A stretch of 64,000 nucleotides of DNA, taken from positions 4,774,001 through 4,838,000 of the forward strand of contig CATNEN010000011.1 of NCBI GenBank assembly GCA_950097015.1, read 5' to 3'. The translations under genes were made by a program, and so were the position numbers. The stretch is from Macrostomum hystrix (lineage: Eukaryota; Animalia; Platyhelminthes). This document shows, one piece after another, positions 1-13,472 of this stretch. Every line of letters begins with the position of its first letter. Positions within the stretch are counted from its first letter, which is position 1. The notes under the pieces are model-generated. The model searched no databases. It had not been told where the DNA came from and worked only from the letters and a program-made list of their open reading frames with translations.

Positions 1-3000
1 GCTGATGAATCAGTTGGGCAATTTGCGAGGCAGCGTAGCCTGCAGGGCGGCGGTGAGTGCCTTTTGATATTTGTCGGTGCCTCCTAATTAATTTGGCTAA
101 TTATACTTGTTGACGGCTCGCATTCGCACTCTACAGATAAGAGCAGAGAGTAATTATCTCAATTACAACCAAGACTTAATTGTTCCAGGTGTCATATCAT
201 CGCCGTTACTATTATTCTAGCGGTGCAAAAATTAATTGTTTTTTAATATTAGCTAGTTCGTGTTTTGGCTCATATGCTTTCTGAGTGCATCAGTACGTAC
301 CTAAGTTCTGCACGTGCATCCAGAACTCGATTTGTGGTCCCTGTCGTATTTACTTACAGTCCCATCTGCTCTGCAGCAGCACTGTTTACATAAATAGCTT
401 GGCTGAAAAATTGTCGCAATTTTCTTTCGACACTGTCTGCTCTTGGCCTACTTAGTCCTTCGCGCTTCTGGGGGTCTGAATTTTGCCGTGAGAAAAACGC
501 GATCGGTTTTTATCAATCATCTATATAGCTTTCATCTATTTTATTGAGGTACCTTCTATCATGCTTTCAATAGAATTTTTTGTTGCATTTAGATATTCAA
601 ATATTCTATTCGATCTAATCTAAGCATTGCTGTAACAGAGCTACTCAATTTCTTAAACAAATCTTTGTGAAAGCCTAAAAAACCAAAATCCTTTAAGCAA
701 TAATAGATACGAAGAGAGAGAGATACATCGCAGGCCTGATTGTAACAATTTTTTATATCCACGTTTCACAATAGCTGATTTGTTCTGCGAATTCGTGTGC
801 CCGATTAAAAAACTGAACTGTGTAACTGAAATGACGTTTCGACTGTCTTACCTGCCTAAACGGTGTAACACACAAGCTCAGTAAAAATGAACCCGATAAA
901 TAGCTACTTATTTGGAGCTGCATAAACAGCATTGTTGAATGTATTAGGTCCATTTGCACTGCAAGCACGCAGTTGAGAATGGCATTCGATTTGAAAACTA
1001 TTTTCAACTGGAACCAGGATACAGGATTATGCAAAGTTTTCGCTTTGCTACAATTATTTAATAGCTACAGCTAAAATAGCAAAGCTCAACTTTGAATATA
1101 AAGTTGCGACTGCAAAAGCTCTCTTAGTATATGGTGCCTTAAGAAGTTGTGAGCTAAATCAAACAATTTCAGACTAACTTTCCCTCTGAATATAGAGTTT
1201 GCTATAATTACTTGTCATTACTTACTATTACTAAGGTAGAATTTTGCGAGGTAAACAAAACGTGGCAAGGGTTGCTAAAATTGACGATTAAGTTTCTTGG
1301 ATTACCCTTTGTGGAAACATTATAGTACTCGTATCATTCCAAAGAAAATGTTCGGTTAAAATTTCAGATTACTTAATCGCACAATTTTGATATAAAGATT
1401 CGACTGTATGACTCAGTGTAAAGGACTAACTGATTGTAAACAACCATGCATACATTTCATTGTTCAGCAAGCAATCAGAAATTTCATCAGAGCCTAGAGG
1501 ACGTAAAGATATTTATTAGGTTTATCGGACAATGAACCAGTTTTATTTGGTTGGACTATGAGAGACAATATACAAGAACACGAAGAACAACGTGAGCTGT
1601 CAGAGTCACGTACAGGAGGAATTTTGAAGACAAAGTTGAATTGAAAGAAGAGAAAATTAGAACAGAGCTTTTTGTTTACCACCCGGCATGATAACAGATT
1701 TTCGGTCCGCACGCATAGGTCCCGAAAGCAAGTGCGGCAGAAGTGCTGAGTCACCTCACCGCCGTTGTTCATCTCGCTCGCTCGTCTTCCGCAACATTAA
1801 AGAAATCTTCCTATCTATAGATAAGGACCAGTTTGACGTGGCCATATGCTCAAACAATATAAATATGCTCAACTCATCGTGGAAGGGAAGGGTGGTAGAT
1901 TCTTCAATTCGAGTCGAGGGAGGGACCTCATCCGTGCTGCTCAGCTTATTGCCCGATGTGTCCTCGATTTCCTCCCCGGGGATAGAACTAGAAGCATCCC
2001 GGACTCAATTTTGCTCGAGGAGCATGAGCACACTGAAGCTGCAGATCTTTATTGTGATGTGTCATCCAAAATACTGCATTGCCTAGGCTATGCCAGTTCT
2101 CCCTCTTTCAGGTGACATATGGGGCACATTTCTTGTGCTCATTTCGGGAATCTGAAATTGGGGAAATATTATATGGCAGGTTTTGTGCTCATTCGAGTTC
2201 ATTCCCCAACCAATGCTCATCTGCAGCTGCGTGGCTGCTACAGTGGTTTTATGACCACTTTCTCTGCCACTCTCCTGTACAGCTAAAATAATAGTTTACA
2301 GTCTTAGGCCTAATATTCAATGCTGGCTTTGTTATAGGAGCTCAGGACTAAAACCTTTGTCTGGGACCATTCAACAATAAATATTATGATTAGTAGGCTA
2401 TAATTAAATACTATGACAGATCCGTGTGTGGTAATTCGATCTTGTCCCATTTCCTTCTGACAAACTTTTGGGTATAATAGCTAACCTCCACCTGCCGCTG
2501 CACAGGTTTCACGCAGGTAACCAGGCCCTATAATTTCAGCTTCCAAGATCGCAAACATGATCATATACGCGAGTCTATAAGTAGACGCATGTCGACTGTT
2601 CCTCTTGGACTCACTAGTTCCGGGTGAATCGGAAGGGACCTACACAAAGACGGAGCGAGGGAGAGAAAAGAGAGAAATAAAGCACTATGATTAAGCCAAC
2701 TCTGAGGGCTTCGATAAGTTGTACAGAAGACGGGAGAGCCGCAATTTCCTCTATCGGGAGACTGGGTGCCGCCGGTGTCGCGAGGGTCGAATTTCTCATC
2801 GCGAGACTGCAGAATCTTAGGATTGGGCGAAATGAAAATCAAAATACGTGGCCATATTTTGGCGAGCGGCGAAGTGACGCCACAAAGAGGCTCTGAGTTG
2901 AGGGGATCTGTTTGGGGAGGACAAGGAGCCCCCTGGGGAAGGAGGATGAAGGGGGCGTGTTCGATGGAGAACAAAGCCCCCCTCTGTCTCTGTGAAAGGG

Positions 3001-6000
3001 GAGAATTATAGAACTTAAAACTTTGACTTTTATCCCCATAATAGGGATCTTTGTTAGATGAGCTAGCTCTTCCTTCTTTGTCTGAAGCAGACTTTGTATT
3101 CAGACACTTCCTTTATCTTCTCGTGGCGATATTAAATTAGAGTTATACGAGCGGGTTATCAAAACTTTCTTTTATTGTTATCTTTAAAGATTTTCTCTAA
3201 TTTTCCTGCCCTTGTCTCTATCAGAGCAGATCGAATTTCAAATGTTTCTGTTGGCTTATTTATTTTCATAAGCCAACGGCTGTAGTAAAGTTGGTTGGTA
3301 CAAACGAGTATAATGGCCATTACATACACGTATAATATATATGCAAGCGCGTTTTTAGGTGGCATCTGTTGCTTATTAACTAGACTTTCTCCCTCCATGG
3401 CTAAAGAGGGTCCTGCGTGCTCAAACCTCTCTCCCATCTCTCTAATCCCATACCAAAAAGCGCTGCTCACTTTTCACATCCCTTCCAAGCCTCTTTCAAT
3501 TTCTCTCCGAGCAGCCTGGGTTGCTGGCCCTCAGTTAATGCATAATTAATTAACCTGGAGACGCAGCCCCAGAGCGGATCCCAAGTCCTGCAGACAGGAC
3601 GACAAATATCCCAAATGGGTTTGCCCGATCTCCAGCTCCCTCTCGCACTGCTCCTGTGATCTCGAACTCACTCGGAAGTTCGTATTCCCATTGCCCGCTT
3701 GATGCAGTCAATCACTCAGCAAGTTTATCGGTGGAACTGGCTGAGAAAGTGAGCATTTGGGTCTCAGTTTGAGCCTTTCCTCGGCGCTCCATTCGATCCG
3801 CACCTTTTACTGTTCGCTTTCATTTCTTTCCTGAGTCGAAGGCTGTATGCGTTCCAGGCTCAACATGCAATCAAGGTGATTTGATTTGCCTACGGGCAGA
3901 TCTGTAACTTGAAAGAATAACTTTTCATTCCTTTTCAAAATGTTCAGTTCGCTGCACTCCTTTACTGCTTTGGCTAACACTATGCTAAAGACAAGGGTAT
4001 CTACAAACAGCACCTGGAAATATAAAGGCAACACTTTTGGCCAATTTAAACTCAGAGTAGATTGGATTTCTTAATTGTGATATCCAGGCAAGGAATGCAA
4101 CACTTTGTAATATAACATCGCTTCTGGAAGCTGTCCTAAAAAATCAATCAATCAAGTTGAGTAGAGCTCGTGTCAACGCAGCCACCTGCATGTCGAAGTC
4201 TCAGAACTTAAAAAAATCTCTGAAAAAAAATAGGTAGAAAAGACAAACTAACAGTGGCTGAAAAAGGCTGATACAGTTACAAAAAAATAAGTTAACGAGA
4301 ACGCCAACATCTGTGTCACCATCATTATCCCGTGCGTATCGATTCTTCTTTCAAAGTCGAGGTCGTGGAAACGGTAAAAAACGAAAAAGTTTAGCTTCAA
4401 AAAACGTGGAATGCATTGAATGAACCAATTCGAGGGCCGCTCTCGCTGGTCCTACACGTAGTCTCTTCACTGTGCGCTGGAGCGTCAATTTATCTCAATA
4501 GTTTGCGAGACAGCATTCAAGACAGACTAATTTGCAAATTATCATTCGGTCTAGCTTGGAGTCGATTGTGTTGTTCCTTTTTTATTTCTAGTTGCCTGGT
4601 GGTGACTGCACAATCTTTCCCAGGACACTCGCGAGAATTTAATATAGTGGGTTGTCATGCATTGCACATACACACCAGCTCGCGTTCTCATTAATAATTA
4701 ATTAGGTAGGTTGAGAGAAAACTAATTTACGCTTCATTAGGGCGCGTCTTGTTTAGGATTCAACAACAACGGTAACTCTCACGCCCACTGTCTTTTTAAT
4801 TTAATTTGGTTTGTTAACAAACTCTTCCGCACCTCAGCAGACAAAGGCTTTTTCACATATCGTTAAGAATTGATAAATATTTAATGTGTGAACACAATTG
4901 ACTGACGCTAAGCAATACGATATTGAAATATATCCATTGACTGAAGAACTGAAAAACAATCACAGAAACATTGATTAAAAAATATTGTAAAATGTTTTTT
5001 TCAACAAATTATACTTTCTCTGAAAACTAACATTCAGTCCAAATCCTAAACCCACCTGCCTGATTTGCATGGATAAAATCTTCTTCCTAGACTTCTCACA
5101 ATCCTGAAGCTCTTCTTGCTGACCTGTTTCGTCTATGAAGCTTCTAAATCAGATGATGTTGTACAGAATTTGTCAAGCACAATTGAGCGCTGATGACGAC
5201 ACTGCTGCTCAGGATGACTGTAGGCCCGGTAGGACAATCAGAAAATCAAAGCGACAAGGCCGCTTTCCAAATCCTCTGCCAACGAGAGACCTAGGCGGCA
5301 GACTCATCCCCCTAATTATTGTCGTCATTCCAATTTTTTGTAACGACTTTCCGGGGCCTCGCTTCCCGCTGCATCAATCGGGGCTTTTCAGAAGCTCTTT
5401 AATTCCGGCGGTCCGATTCTCTCTATGTGGCCATTGTGCCCTAATTTGCCCTGCCCAGTGCTATGCAGCATCGCGTGTCCATTGCCGAACCATCAGACGG
5501 TTCGATTCGAAATCTCGCAATATTCCCACTGGTTCCCCATTCCCCCCATTATTTTTAGTTGAATTTCTCTCTCCTCTTTCCTTTCTATTTGAATCTAAAT
5601 CGAATTGTGTGACGTCATCCTCCTGCAGCTCCTTGCCTCGCGTGGTCGAGATTTTTAAAAGCCTTTTCTCCCAAATCCCACGCCAATCCCGACTCGCCCC
5701 TCAGTTCCCTAGAAAACGCAATCTTCTTCCTTTGTTCCCCATCCGCAGTTTTTCATTCATTTTCCGCAGCAAGAAAAGGGAGCCGGGAGCAGCTGGTGCG
5801 ATTATCCCGCGCCGGTTCGAACTCCCCTCCTGCCTGTCCAGGCCTTTCAATTGTCTTCCCCTCACTGGGAGATGGGGAGTGCGTGGAGTGGAGATTTGTC
5901 CAGGCTAGCGGGCCTCTAAAAGCCTCGGGACGCACAGCAGATGGTGACTTGGGGGTTGCACGAGGCTGCAGGCAAACGAGACAGTTCTTCCCCTTTAACA

Positions 6001-8000
6001 TGGGAGAATTGTGGCGCATATATCGAGGAGGCCCGGCCCACTCCATAGTGAGTGAGTGGAAGGATTTCAAATCGGTCGATGCGACATGAAAGCGGGCAGG
6101 GAGAAGAGAGAACGGATGTAGCTCAGCTAAGTGAAACTCGCACCTCTTGTGCTCGGCCTTGTGTTTCACGGACCATTGACGCCGGCCATGGCCCAGCAGC
6201 TTCGGGTCGAATTGTTTTATGCAGACAATTTATTTACTTACTCTTACTTTATATATAGCGGCCTGTTCTTCCCGTCTCTCGGCAGCGTTTTTCTCCTTAT
6301 TTCATCGGATTAATCGATTTTTTTGGTCCACTTGGTCGCTCTATATCATTGTATGGTATGGTCGGTGAATGTACAGGAAAGAAAATCTGTGTGAAATCAA
6401 GTTTCAAATCGGATAGGAAATTTGTTTGATAGCTTATAATGGTAACTTTATAAAATTGACAGAGTCTGCAGCAGTTCAACGAGCAGCAGCCGATTGGCCT
6501 TAGCAACGGTTGCCTTGCAACCGCAGCTGATATTGTCGACAACGGAGACAGTCGGGAGGCGGTCGAGCTGATGTCGGCGCCGTTGAATTTGTCGCGACCC
6601 CGGCTCGCTAGTGCGGACACTCCGCCGCCACTCATCAGGACTCGCAGAGACTCGCCAAACTATGCTCAGGTGCGCATTTGATTCATGCTCAAATTATTAG
6701 TGTTACTGGCCTTTGAAGCTCAGGTGCGCGAGCCAGAAATTTTTTAGCGGCTCCTAATTTTTGCTCGGCTTTTCAGTCAAACAACCAATTCTATTTCGAA
6801 TTATAAACAAGAACAGAGAAATTGCTTGACTTGTTGGTCAGGTGATCAACTCAGCGGATATTTTTAGTGTTTTTTTTTAGCTGCAAAAGAAATGTTTTAC
6901 TGCGTGGGCCAGGAGCAATGATTGCCGGATGAATCAATCTTTTCTTGTGTTGAGCATCGATGCTATATTTAAATATTGAAGTCCTTCGATCAGTAAAAAT
7001 AATTCTACGGGAGTTTAGAGCCAATGCGAAGTCCCGGAGGCACAGAGGTTCTATGGCCAAAACTGTCGTTTCAGATCAGTGAATAAAATTTCGATCCAAT
7101 TTTGTATGTTGTCAAAGGCTTCAAGGCCATAGACAGTTCGAAATGCAACTTTGGCCATAGAAGCCCAGTAAATCCATCTTAATGCTATTGTAATTTATTG
7201 TGAACCTTGTTTATAATTCGATTATGCTTCTGAAAACACCTTAACGCCGGTGAGTGAATTAAATCTAACGCGTGACACGAACAGCACTTGGCAACAACAT
7301 ACTCGTAAAGGGATCGAAGTCTTTAATATTAAAGCTTTTTAATGTTTAGTTAGGCAAGAAACTGCTGCAGGATGTTTTCACAAAAAATCCCGCATGGAAA
7401 ATGTTTCCATGTAGGCTCTTTGTCCTTCCATGCCCGGCCTCTGTCATCTTCCTATTTGGCCTGGGATCTCTCTCTGAAAAGCCAATTATCGATTGCGTCA
7501 TCTGTTTACTTTTTGAGCCGCTCATCTGGCCGGGTCTCCCAGCAGCATGGCAACCAGGCGGGCCTGTGTTGGGGGCTTGTCGAATGAAGGGAAAGAAAGC
7601 CTGTGTTCTAATGCATACAAATGAAATTTATCAATGGTGTGTCTGGCATGTGGATTCGAATGTGAATTTATCCCCCCCGACCAGAAACCAGCGGACCTGA
7701 CTGTCATGTCCCTCCTTTTGTCTATAAAATTGTCTGCTTCTACGTCCGCACGATAAAACATTATTATGGACAGTGCGGTCGGGGATTTTTCCTCCCTCCC
7801 GCGCACTGTGCGATCCTCAGACCAGCCAAACAGATCCCAGAACCCAGTTACGCAATAGGCTCTCTGTAGGATGCGCAGCGCAGAGATGCACAAGCCTCCC
7901 ATCTTGCCATTCTCTCTTGTTGCCAGGATCTGATTGTTTCCAATGCCTCAGCTAAGAATAACACGGTGTCGATATCGCTGAGCAGCAATGGCGCAATGGG

Positions 8001-8035
<35 letters not shown>

Positions 8036-8649
8036 TGGCCAGTCTGATGGCTCAGCAGCTGCAGCATGACCATCAGCAGGCATTTGCCAGGCTTGGGTGA
8101 GTGCGCCTCGCGGTGCCCAGTTAATATAGGGATTCTCTATAACATTCAATTTAGTTAATTTTTTGTTTTATTTAAAATTAATTCTCGCATCAAACTAACT
8201 TTTAAGACTTCCGATCACTGCTGGACAGCATCAGCAGCAGCAGCAACAGCAGCAACAGCATCAGCAGTTGCTCATTGCGGCAGCTGCAGCTCACGGATTA
8301 TCAATGAATCCAGCGAGCTTGGCCCTGTACCACTCGCAGCCATCTGTGCAGGTAGGTCAGTGGGTCAGTGGGTCAGTGGGTCAGTGGGTCAGTGGGTCAG
8401 TGGGTCAGTGGGTCAGTTATTGACTGAGTTGTATTTCTTATAATGCATATCAAGCACTTTATTAAACATTCACAGCTGATTCAGCAGCAGCAGCAGCAGC
8501 TGCATTCGCTGCTCAGCCAGCATCGGCAGCAGTCGCCGCCGGTCACCGCCTCCGCCATCCTCGCGGACGCCAGCCCGTCCCAAATCCCCACTTCGCCGAG
8601 TTTGTCTCCACCGTCGCCACCGCCACGGGCAGTCTCCCAGTCTAAGATC

Positions 8650-8689
<40 letters not shown>

Positions 8690-9568
8690 CCTCCTCATCA
8701 AATCAGACACCTCGGAAGTCCGCCGCAGCCGAGAAGCAGCAGCCAAGCCCAGCAGGTCGCGGCAGCCATCACGTCAAGCGCCCGATGAACGCCTTCATGG
8801 TGTGGGCGCGCGAGGAGCGTCGCAAGATTCTCAAGGCCTGTCCGGACATGCACAATTCCAGCATCTCCAAGATTCTCGGCACCAAGTGGAAGGCGATGAG
8901 CACGGAGGAGAAGCAGCCGTTCTATGAGGAGCAGTCGCGCCTATCGAAGGTGCACATGGAGCAGCACCCGGACTACAGGTACCGGCCCAGGCCTAAGCGC
9001 ACCTGCATGTTGGACGGCAGGAAGCTGCGCGTTTCCGAATACAAAGACCTGGTGAAGGGACGCGGCAAAGTCAACGCCGGGGTATCGTCCGCAGACGTCG
9101 CTTCCGTGGGGGCCGGGGCAGCCGATGCCACCATGGCCGCTGTGGGCCTGAAGCTGCAACAGCATCAGCAGCGTCAGCTTTGGCTGTCATTGGCGCCTGG
9201 CTCCGAGTCTGTCAGCTCGCCAATTGATGCCGCAACTGCGGCGGATGCGGGGGGAATGTCAGCCGGAACCGGTGAGTGCGGCCTGGTGGACAAGCTCGAT
9301 GGGTTTAGGGAGAAGGTAAGGTCGATAGGAAGGGAGAAGATAGAGAGAATTAGTTGAGAAGCTATTGAGGATTAACAGATCCTACTTATGAATTGAGCAG
9401 ATCTAATTTCTCCAAAATGCCGCAGGTCGAGATACTCGCCACGCGGACGCTGACGACCTCGATGTGGAAGTTGAAGTGGAGGATTCGGAGATGGACTCAG
9501 AGACCTGCGGAGGCGCCATGCTCATCGATGCCGATGATGATGCCGATAACAGCAGCGGAGATTACTGA
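1..9568 (+). CDS. SoxD: SoxD-group HMG-box transcription factor (Sox5/6/13-like), 5'-truncated. Exons 1-52, 6463-6669, 7927-8096, 8207-8351, 8476-9271, 9426-9568 (TGA).
   Basis: HMG box [41 protein letters not shown]...YRPRPKRTC followed by the SoxD-typical [17 protein letters not shown] motif (CtBP-binding motif in Sox6) lies in exon 6463-6669. All introns are GT-AG and phases match (0,0,2,0,1). Exon 1-52 is the least certain. Confidence 0.93.
8356..8416 (+). repeat. (GTGGGTCA)n tandem repeat directly after a SoxD splice donor
   Basis: About 7-8 perfect 8-bp units visible. Confidence 0.95.
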
Positions 9569-10026
9569 ATAATCACACAGTCTGTATATTTGGCGCGTTG
9601 TTGACGGTCTCAAAATAGCCAACAAGCAAACCCGCCTGAAAAACATTCAAGCAGAAAATCTATCTATGCACACTGGAGCATTTCTTAGTTGAAAAAATTG
9701 TACAATTTCCTAATTCTGTTCTGTTTTTTCCTTTGTCAATTGTTTGCTTGGTTGTTTTAGTAGTAGATTTTTTATACCGAATTCATTGGTAATTGAGCTA
9801 TTCTGATTGTTTGTCACTTTCAAAAGCTGTTTTGTCTCTGTAATTTTGTTCCTATGTTAGTTATCCCATTTTCTGTCTGTTATCACTTTAAAAATTGTGT
9901 TGATATAAGCTTGTTCGTGTTTAGTGTTAAGCGGTTAATTAACTTATTATCTTTTTTTTAATCTGCTTATTGAAGAATTGAGTGTATTCGTTTGAAACTG
10001 TGTCAGATGTAGCAACCTACTTTGCT

Positions 10027-10657
10027 TGTCTAACCTGTTAGACGTGTACAAGACTGTCTAACCTGTTAGATATGTACAAAATTGTCTAACCTGTTAGATA
10101 TGTACAAGACTGTCTAACCTGTTAGATATGTACAAGACTGTCTAACCTGTTAGATATGTACAAAATTGTCTAACCTGTTAGATATGTACAAGACTGTCTA
10201 ACCTGTTAGATATGTACAAGACTGTCTAACCTGTTAGATATGTACAAGACTGTCTAACCTGTTAGATATGTACAAGACTGTCTAACCTGTTAGATATGTA
10301 CAAGACTGTCTAACCTGTTAGATATGTACAAGACTGTCTAACCTGTTAGATATGTACAAGACTGTCTAACCTGTTAGATATGTACAAGACTGTCTAACCT
10401 GTTAGATATGTACAAGACTGTCTAACCTGTTAGATATGTACAAGACTGTCTAACCTGTTAGATATGTACAAGACTGTCTAACCTGTTAGATATGTACAAG
10501 ACTGTCTAACCTGTTAGATATGTACAAGACTGTCTAACCTGTTAGATATGTACAAGACTGTCTAACCTGTTAGATATGTACAAAATTGTCTAACCTGTTA
10601 GATATGTACAAAATTATCTAACCTGTTAGATATGTACAAGACTGTCTAACCTGTTAT
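10027..10657. repeat. 28-bp minisatellite CTGTCTAACCTGTTAGATATGTACAAGA, about 22 units
   Basis: Near-identical direct repeats; internal inverted repeat TCTAAC-CT-GTTAGA and palindrome TGTACA. Confidence 0.97.
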
Positions 10658-11849
10658 AGACAATTATTAGACCATCTGATTGTCTCACTGGTCTTAAAAT
10701 TCCAAAATCATGCCATAGAGGCAAAATTAGATGCAGGATTTCGTGGGCCGAGCGGGCTAAGCGCGGAATGGTTGCGAGGTTGGGTCTCAGGTGTCTGCAA
10801 CAATTTCCAATCCAATCCACTAAACTGAAGCATTGATTTTTCATAATCAATTATTTAAAAGTCCGCCGCCCACTCGCTGATTCAGCTAGCCTTCAAAGAC
10901 GAGAGCCAAAATGAACAGGAAATGTCGAATAAAACTGGCCCAATCCCGCATTTGAGTTTGAGACAGAAAGAATGTAATCATATAAATATTTATTGTACCG
11001 CTACAAATGTTATCCATCAATTTTTCTACGTTTTTTAAACATTCAATATTGAATGCTTCTTTCGGGTAAATATGCAGTTCAATGGACAAATTTGTGCATA
11101 GAGAATCGAGGTGGGCCTATTTTTTTAGGAAAATCATGTTACTATCTCTGCCATATCAATACTGTATTATTTACCTGTTATTCGTGAATTTGATGAATGT
11201 TGTAATAATATAGCGGTTGCATCGTGAACAATTTAGTGACAATGATATGTATATACACTCCTATACTTGCGATAGCAAATTCCTTTTTACCCATCTTTAT
11301 GATTTGTTTTAGCAATCAGAACAGAGCCTCGATAATGATGATTTCATTGTTGCACAACCTTGTTGATTTTTGTCTATATCTAACCCGTATTTTGCTTGTG
11401 CTTTTGTTTTTATACTGTTGTAGCTCGTATTGTAAAATAGAATGCAAAAAGCACAGCAGAGCTAAAGTCCTGCTTTTTGCTTCAAGAAATCGCAGCATGT
11501 TGTTTTTTAAGACACAGAAAAATAATTCTTCGTCTTTAATTTTTTCATTATTTAATCTTATTTTGTTACTGACCAAGCCTGACACCAGTAGGTTGAGAAG
11601 CGTATGAAATGCCTGCAAGAACATTTCCAGTTTACATGTTATGCACGCAAGTTGACAATCTCAATTCTCTCTGTCTCACTCTCCGTTCGAAATGTTCATA
11701 CCCGAGTCTACAGTCAAGTCGAATGTATGCCTTAGATGTACAGGTGTAGCTCCATGGCAACTAGAAATAGAAAGAGCGGATAATCAAACGCAGATAAGAA
11801 ACTCGTGAGGAAGGCAGGGCCAAAACTGGAACAGAGAATTTCGAACCGC

Positions 11850-12837
11850 ATGGCTAAAGCGATGTCTGAAGCTGCTGTTGTCGACAACCACAGTACTGCA
11901 GTTCAAACAAATAGAGAACTGGATGGCGAGCAACATCATCCTGACGACATCGAAGATCGGCCAGCGTGGCACAGCTGGCTAAAGTGCGCCAACTGCGCCG
12001 AATTTCCAAGGCAGGCCGTCTTTGAAACCAGCTGCTGCTCGAAGCTCCTATGCGGAGCCTGCGTCAGAAACAAGGACCGCTCGACAGCCCCGCGAAGGTG
12101 ATGCTGGTATATTGATTTGCATCCTGGACATTGTGACTCGCTTGAGTAACACATCAGTGCCTGTGGTTTTGAGTGGTCTAAATTTGTCTCCATCAGTCTA
12201 GAGAAGACCTTGTTGAATAGGTGAAGACCTTGTTGACAGGTGAAGACCTTGTTGACAGGTGAAGACCTTGTTGAATAGGTGAAGACCTTGTTGAATAGGT
12301 GAAGACCTTGTTGACAGGTGAAGACCTTGTTAAACAGGTAAGACCTATTCAATCTTCACCTCAGCAGTTGCTGGTCCATTTTACCGCTGGGTGAACTGAA
12401 GCACTAGGAAACGAAATGTCTTGCTAAAGAACACAAATAGTCTCCCTTAGGCTGAGAATCGAACTCCGGACCTCTAGAGCTCTAACCACTGGAGTACAAG
12501 TTTTCCGCAGCTTGTCTATTAAATATTCCATGTGTAACGGCGCACCCGCAGGTGTCCAGTGAAGTTCTGTGCCTCACCAGTGTTCTGGTTCCATCGCAGC
12601 CGCATTCTCGAAGGAATGCTCGGCGAAGTGGCATTCCAGTGTCCGCACTGCCAGGCCGAGTGTCCCAGGAGGCAGCGCGCTGAGCACTTGCACAGCTGCG
12701 AACAGCGCCAGGTGGAGTGCAGGCTGTGCAAGACGAGCAAGCTAGTGCACCGATGCCAGCTGGGACAGTTTCTGGACCATCTCAAGTCTGAGCACAACCC
12801 AAGTTTGGTGAACAACTTGACCAAGTTCTATTGCTGA
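11850..12837 (+). CDS. Small RING-like plus TRAF/SINA-type zinc-finger protein, about 177 aa. Exons 11850-12097 and 12552-12837.
   Basis: CANC...ETSCCSKLLCGAC then RCPVKFC is joined across a phase-2 GT-AG intron. It is followed by CPHC...EHLHSC...CRLC...HLKSEH, a TRAF-zinc-finger-like pattern. Confidence 0.75.
12203..12346 (+). repeat. 19/20-bp minisatellite GAAGACCTTGTTGACAGGT, about 7 units, in the zinc-finger gene intron
   Basis: Direct repeats visible; every unit keeps YAG|GT. Confidence 0.93.
12361..12497 (-). mobile_element. tRNA-derived CORE-SINE-like copy (family 1)
   Basis: The minus strand reads GTGGTTAGAGC (A box) ... GGAGTTCGATTCTC (B box) ... TGTGTTCTTTAGCAAGACATT ... GCTTCAGTTCACCCAGCGGTAAAATGG. 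This resembles the CORE domain of MIR-type SINEs. Related copies lie at 25261 and 63240. Confidence 0.65.
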
Positions 12838-13472
12838 TGCACTGATGCGCCCCGATGAGGCGCGCTGCGATAGAAGGAACCGGATTCCGACCTACGTTAT
12901 TCAGGTGTCACTGTTGCAGCCTCCTACTCGCTCTCCTCAATTAAATGTCCCTCATCTACCTGGTCTCATTCTGTCTACTCTCTAAGTCTAATTTATCTAA
13001 CCTCATTATCTCTACTCTACGAGTATGATCTATTTAACATCTACTCTCTCATATATCTAATCTCGCGAACTCAATTATCTGAACTTATCGTTTTGATAAT
13101 AAAATATATGTTATTTCGCCTTCTATTTAGATAACAAATAGATTTTTAATAAACTTGAACCTGCGAAAAGTAAACTAAATATATGACGAGAAAATAGATC
13201 TAATTAGCAAATGGATTGAATCTTCAAATGAGAACTTGATTATAAACAGACAATAAGCTTTTTATATTTTCAATAGATTACACAGCTTACATAAGCGCCA
13301 AAAAGCAATCACAAGGACGACATGAAAATATTATAAAAAACCAACGAAACCCGGAAAAGATAAACCCTAAAAATGAAGACAAGAATAAGAAGTGTTATAT
13401 TTTACACAACTTCAGAAATGTACGATTAATTAATAATTATAAATATGAAAATGCGACTATTCACAATGTCAG

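Noticed and set aside
5135-5908. 257-aa ORF in the SoxD intron
   Set aside because: No recognisable domain and a composition typical of GC-rich regulatory DNA; overlapping ORFs exist on both strands.
6721-6730. Duplicate CTCAG|GTGCGC donor 54 nt after the SoxD exon end
   Set aside because: Using it would read GTG CGC ATT TGA, an immediate stop; there is no other support.
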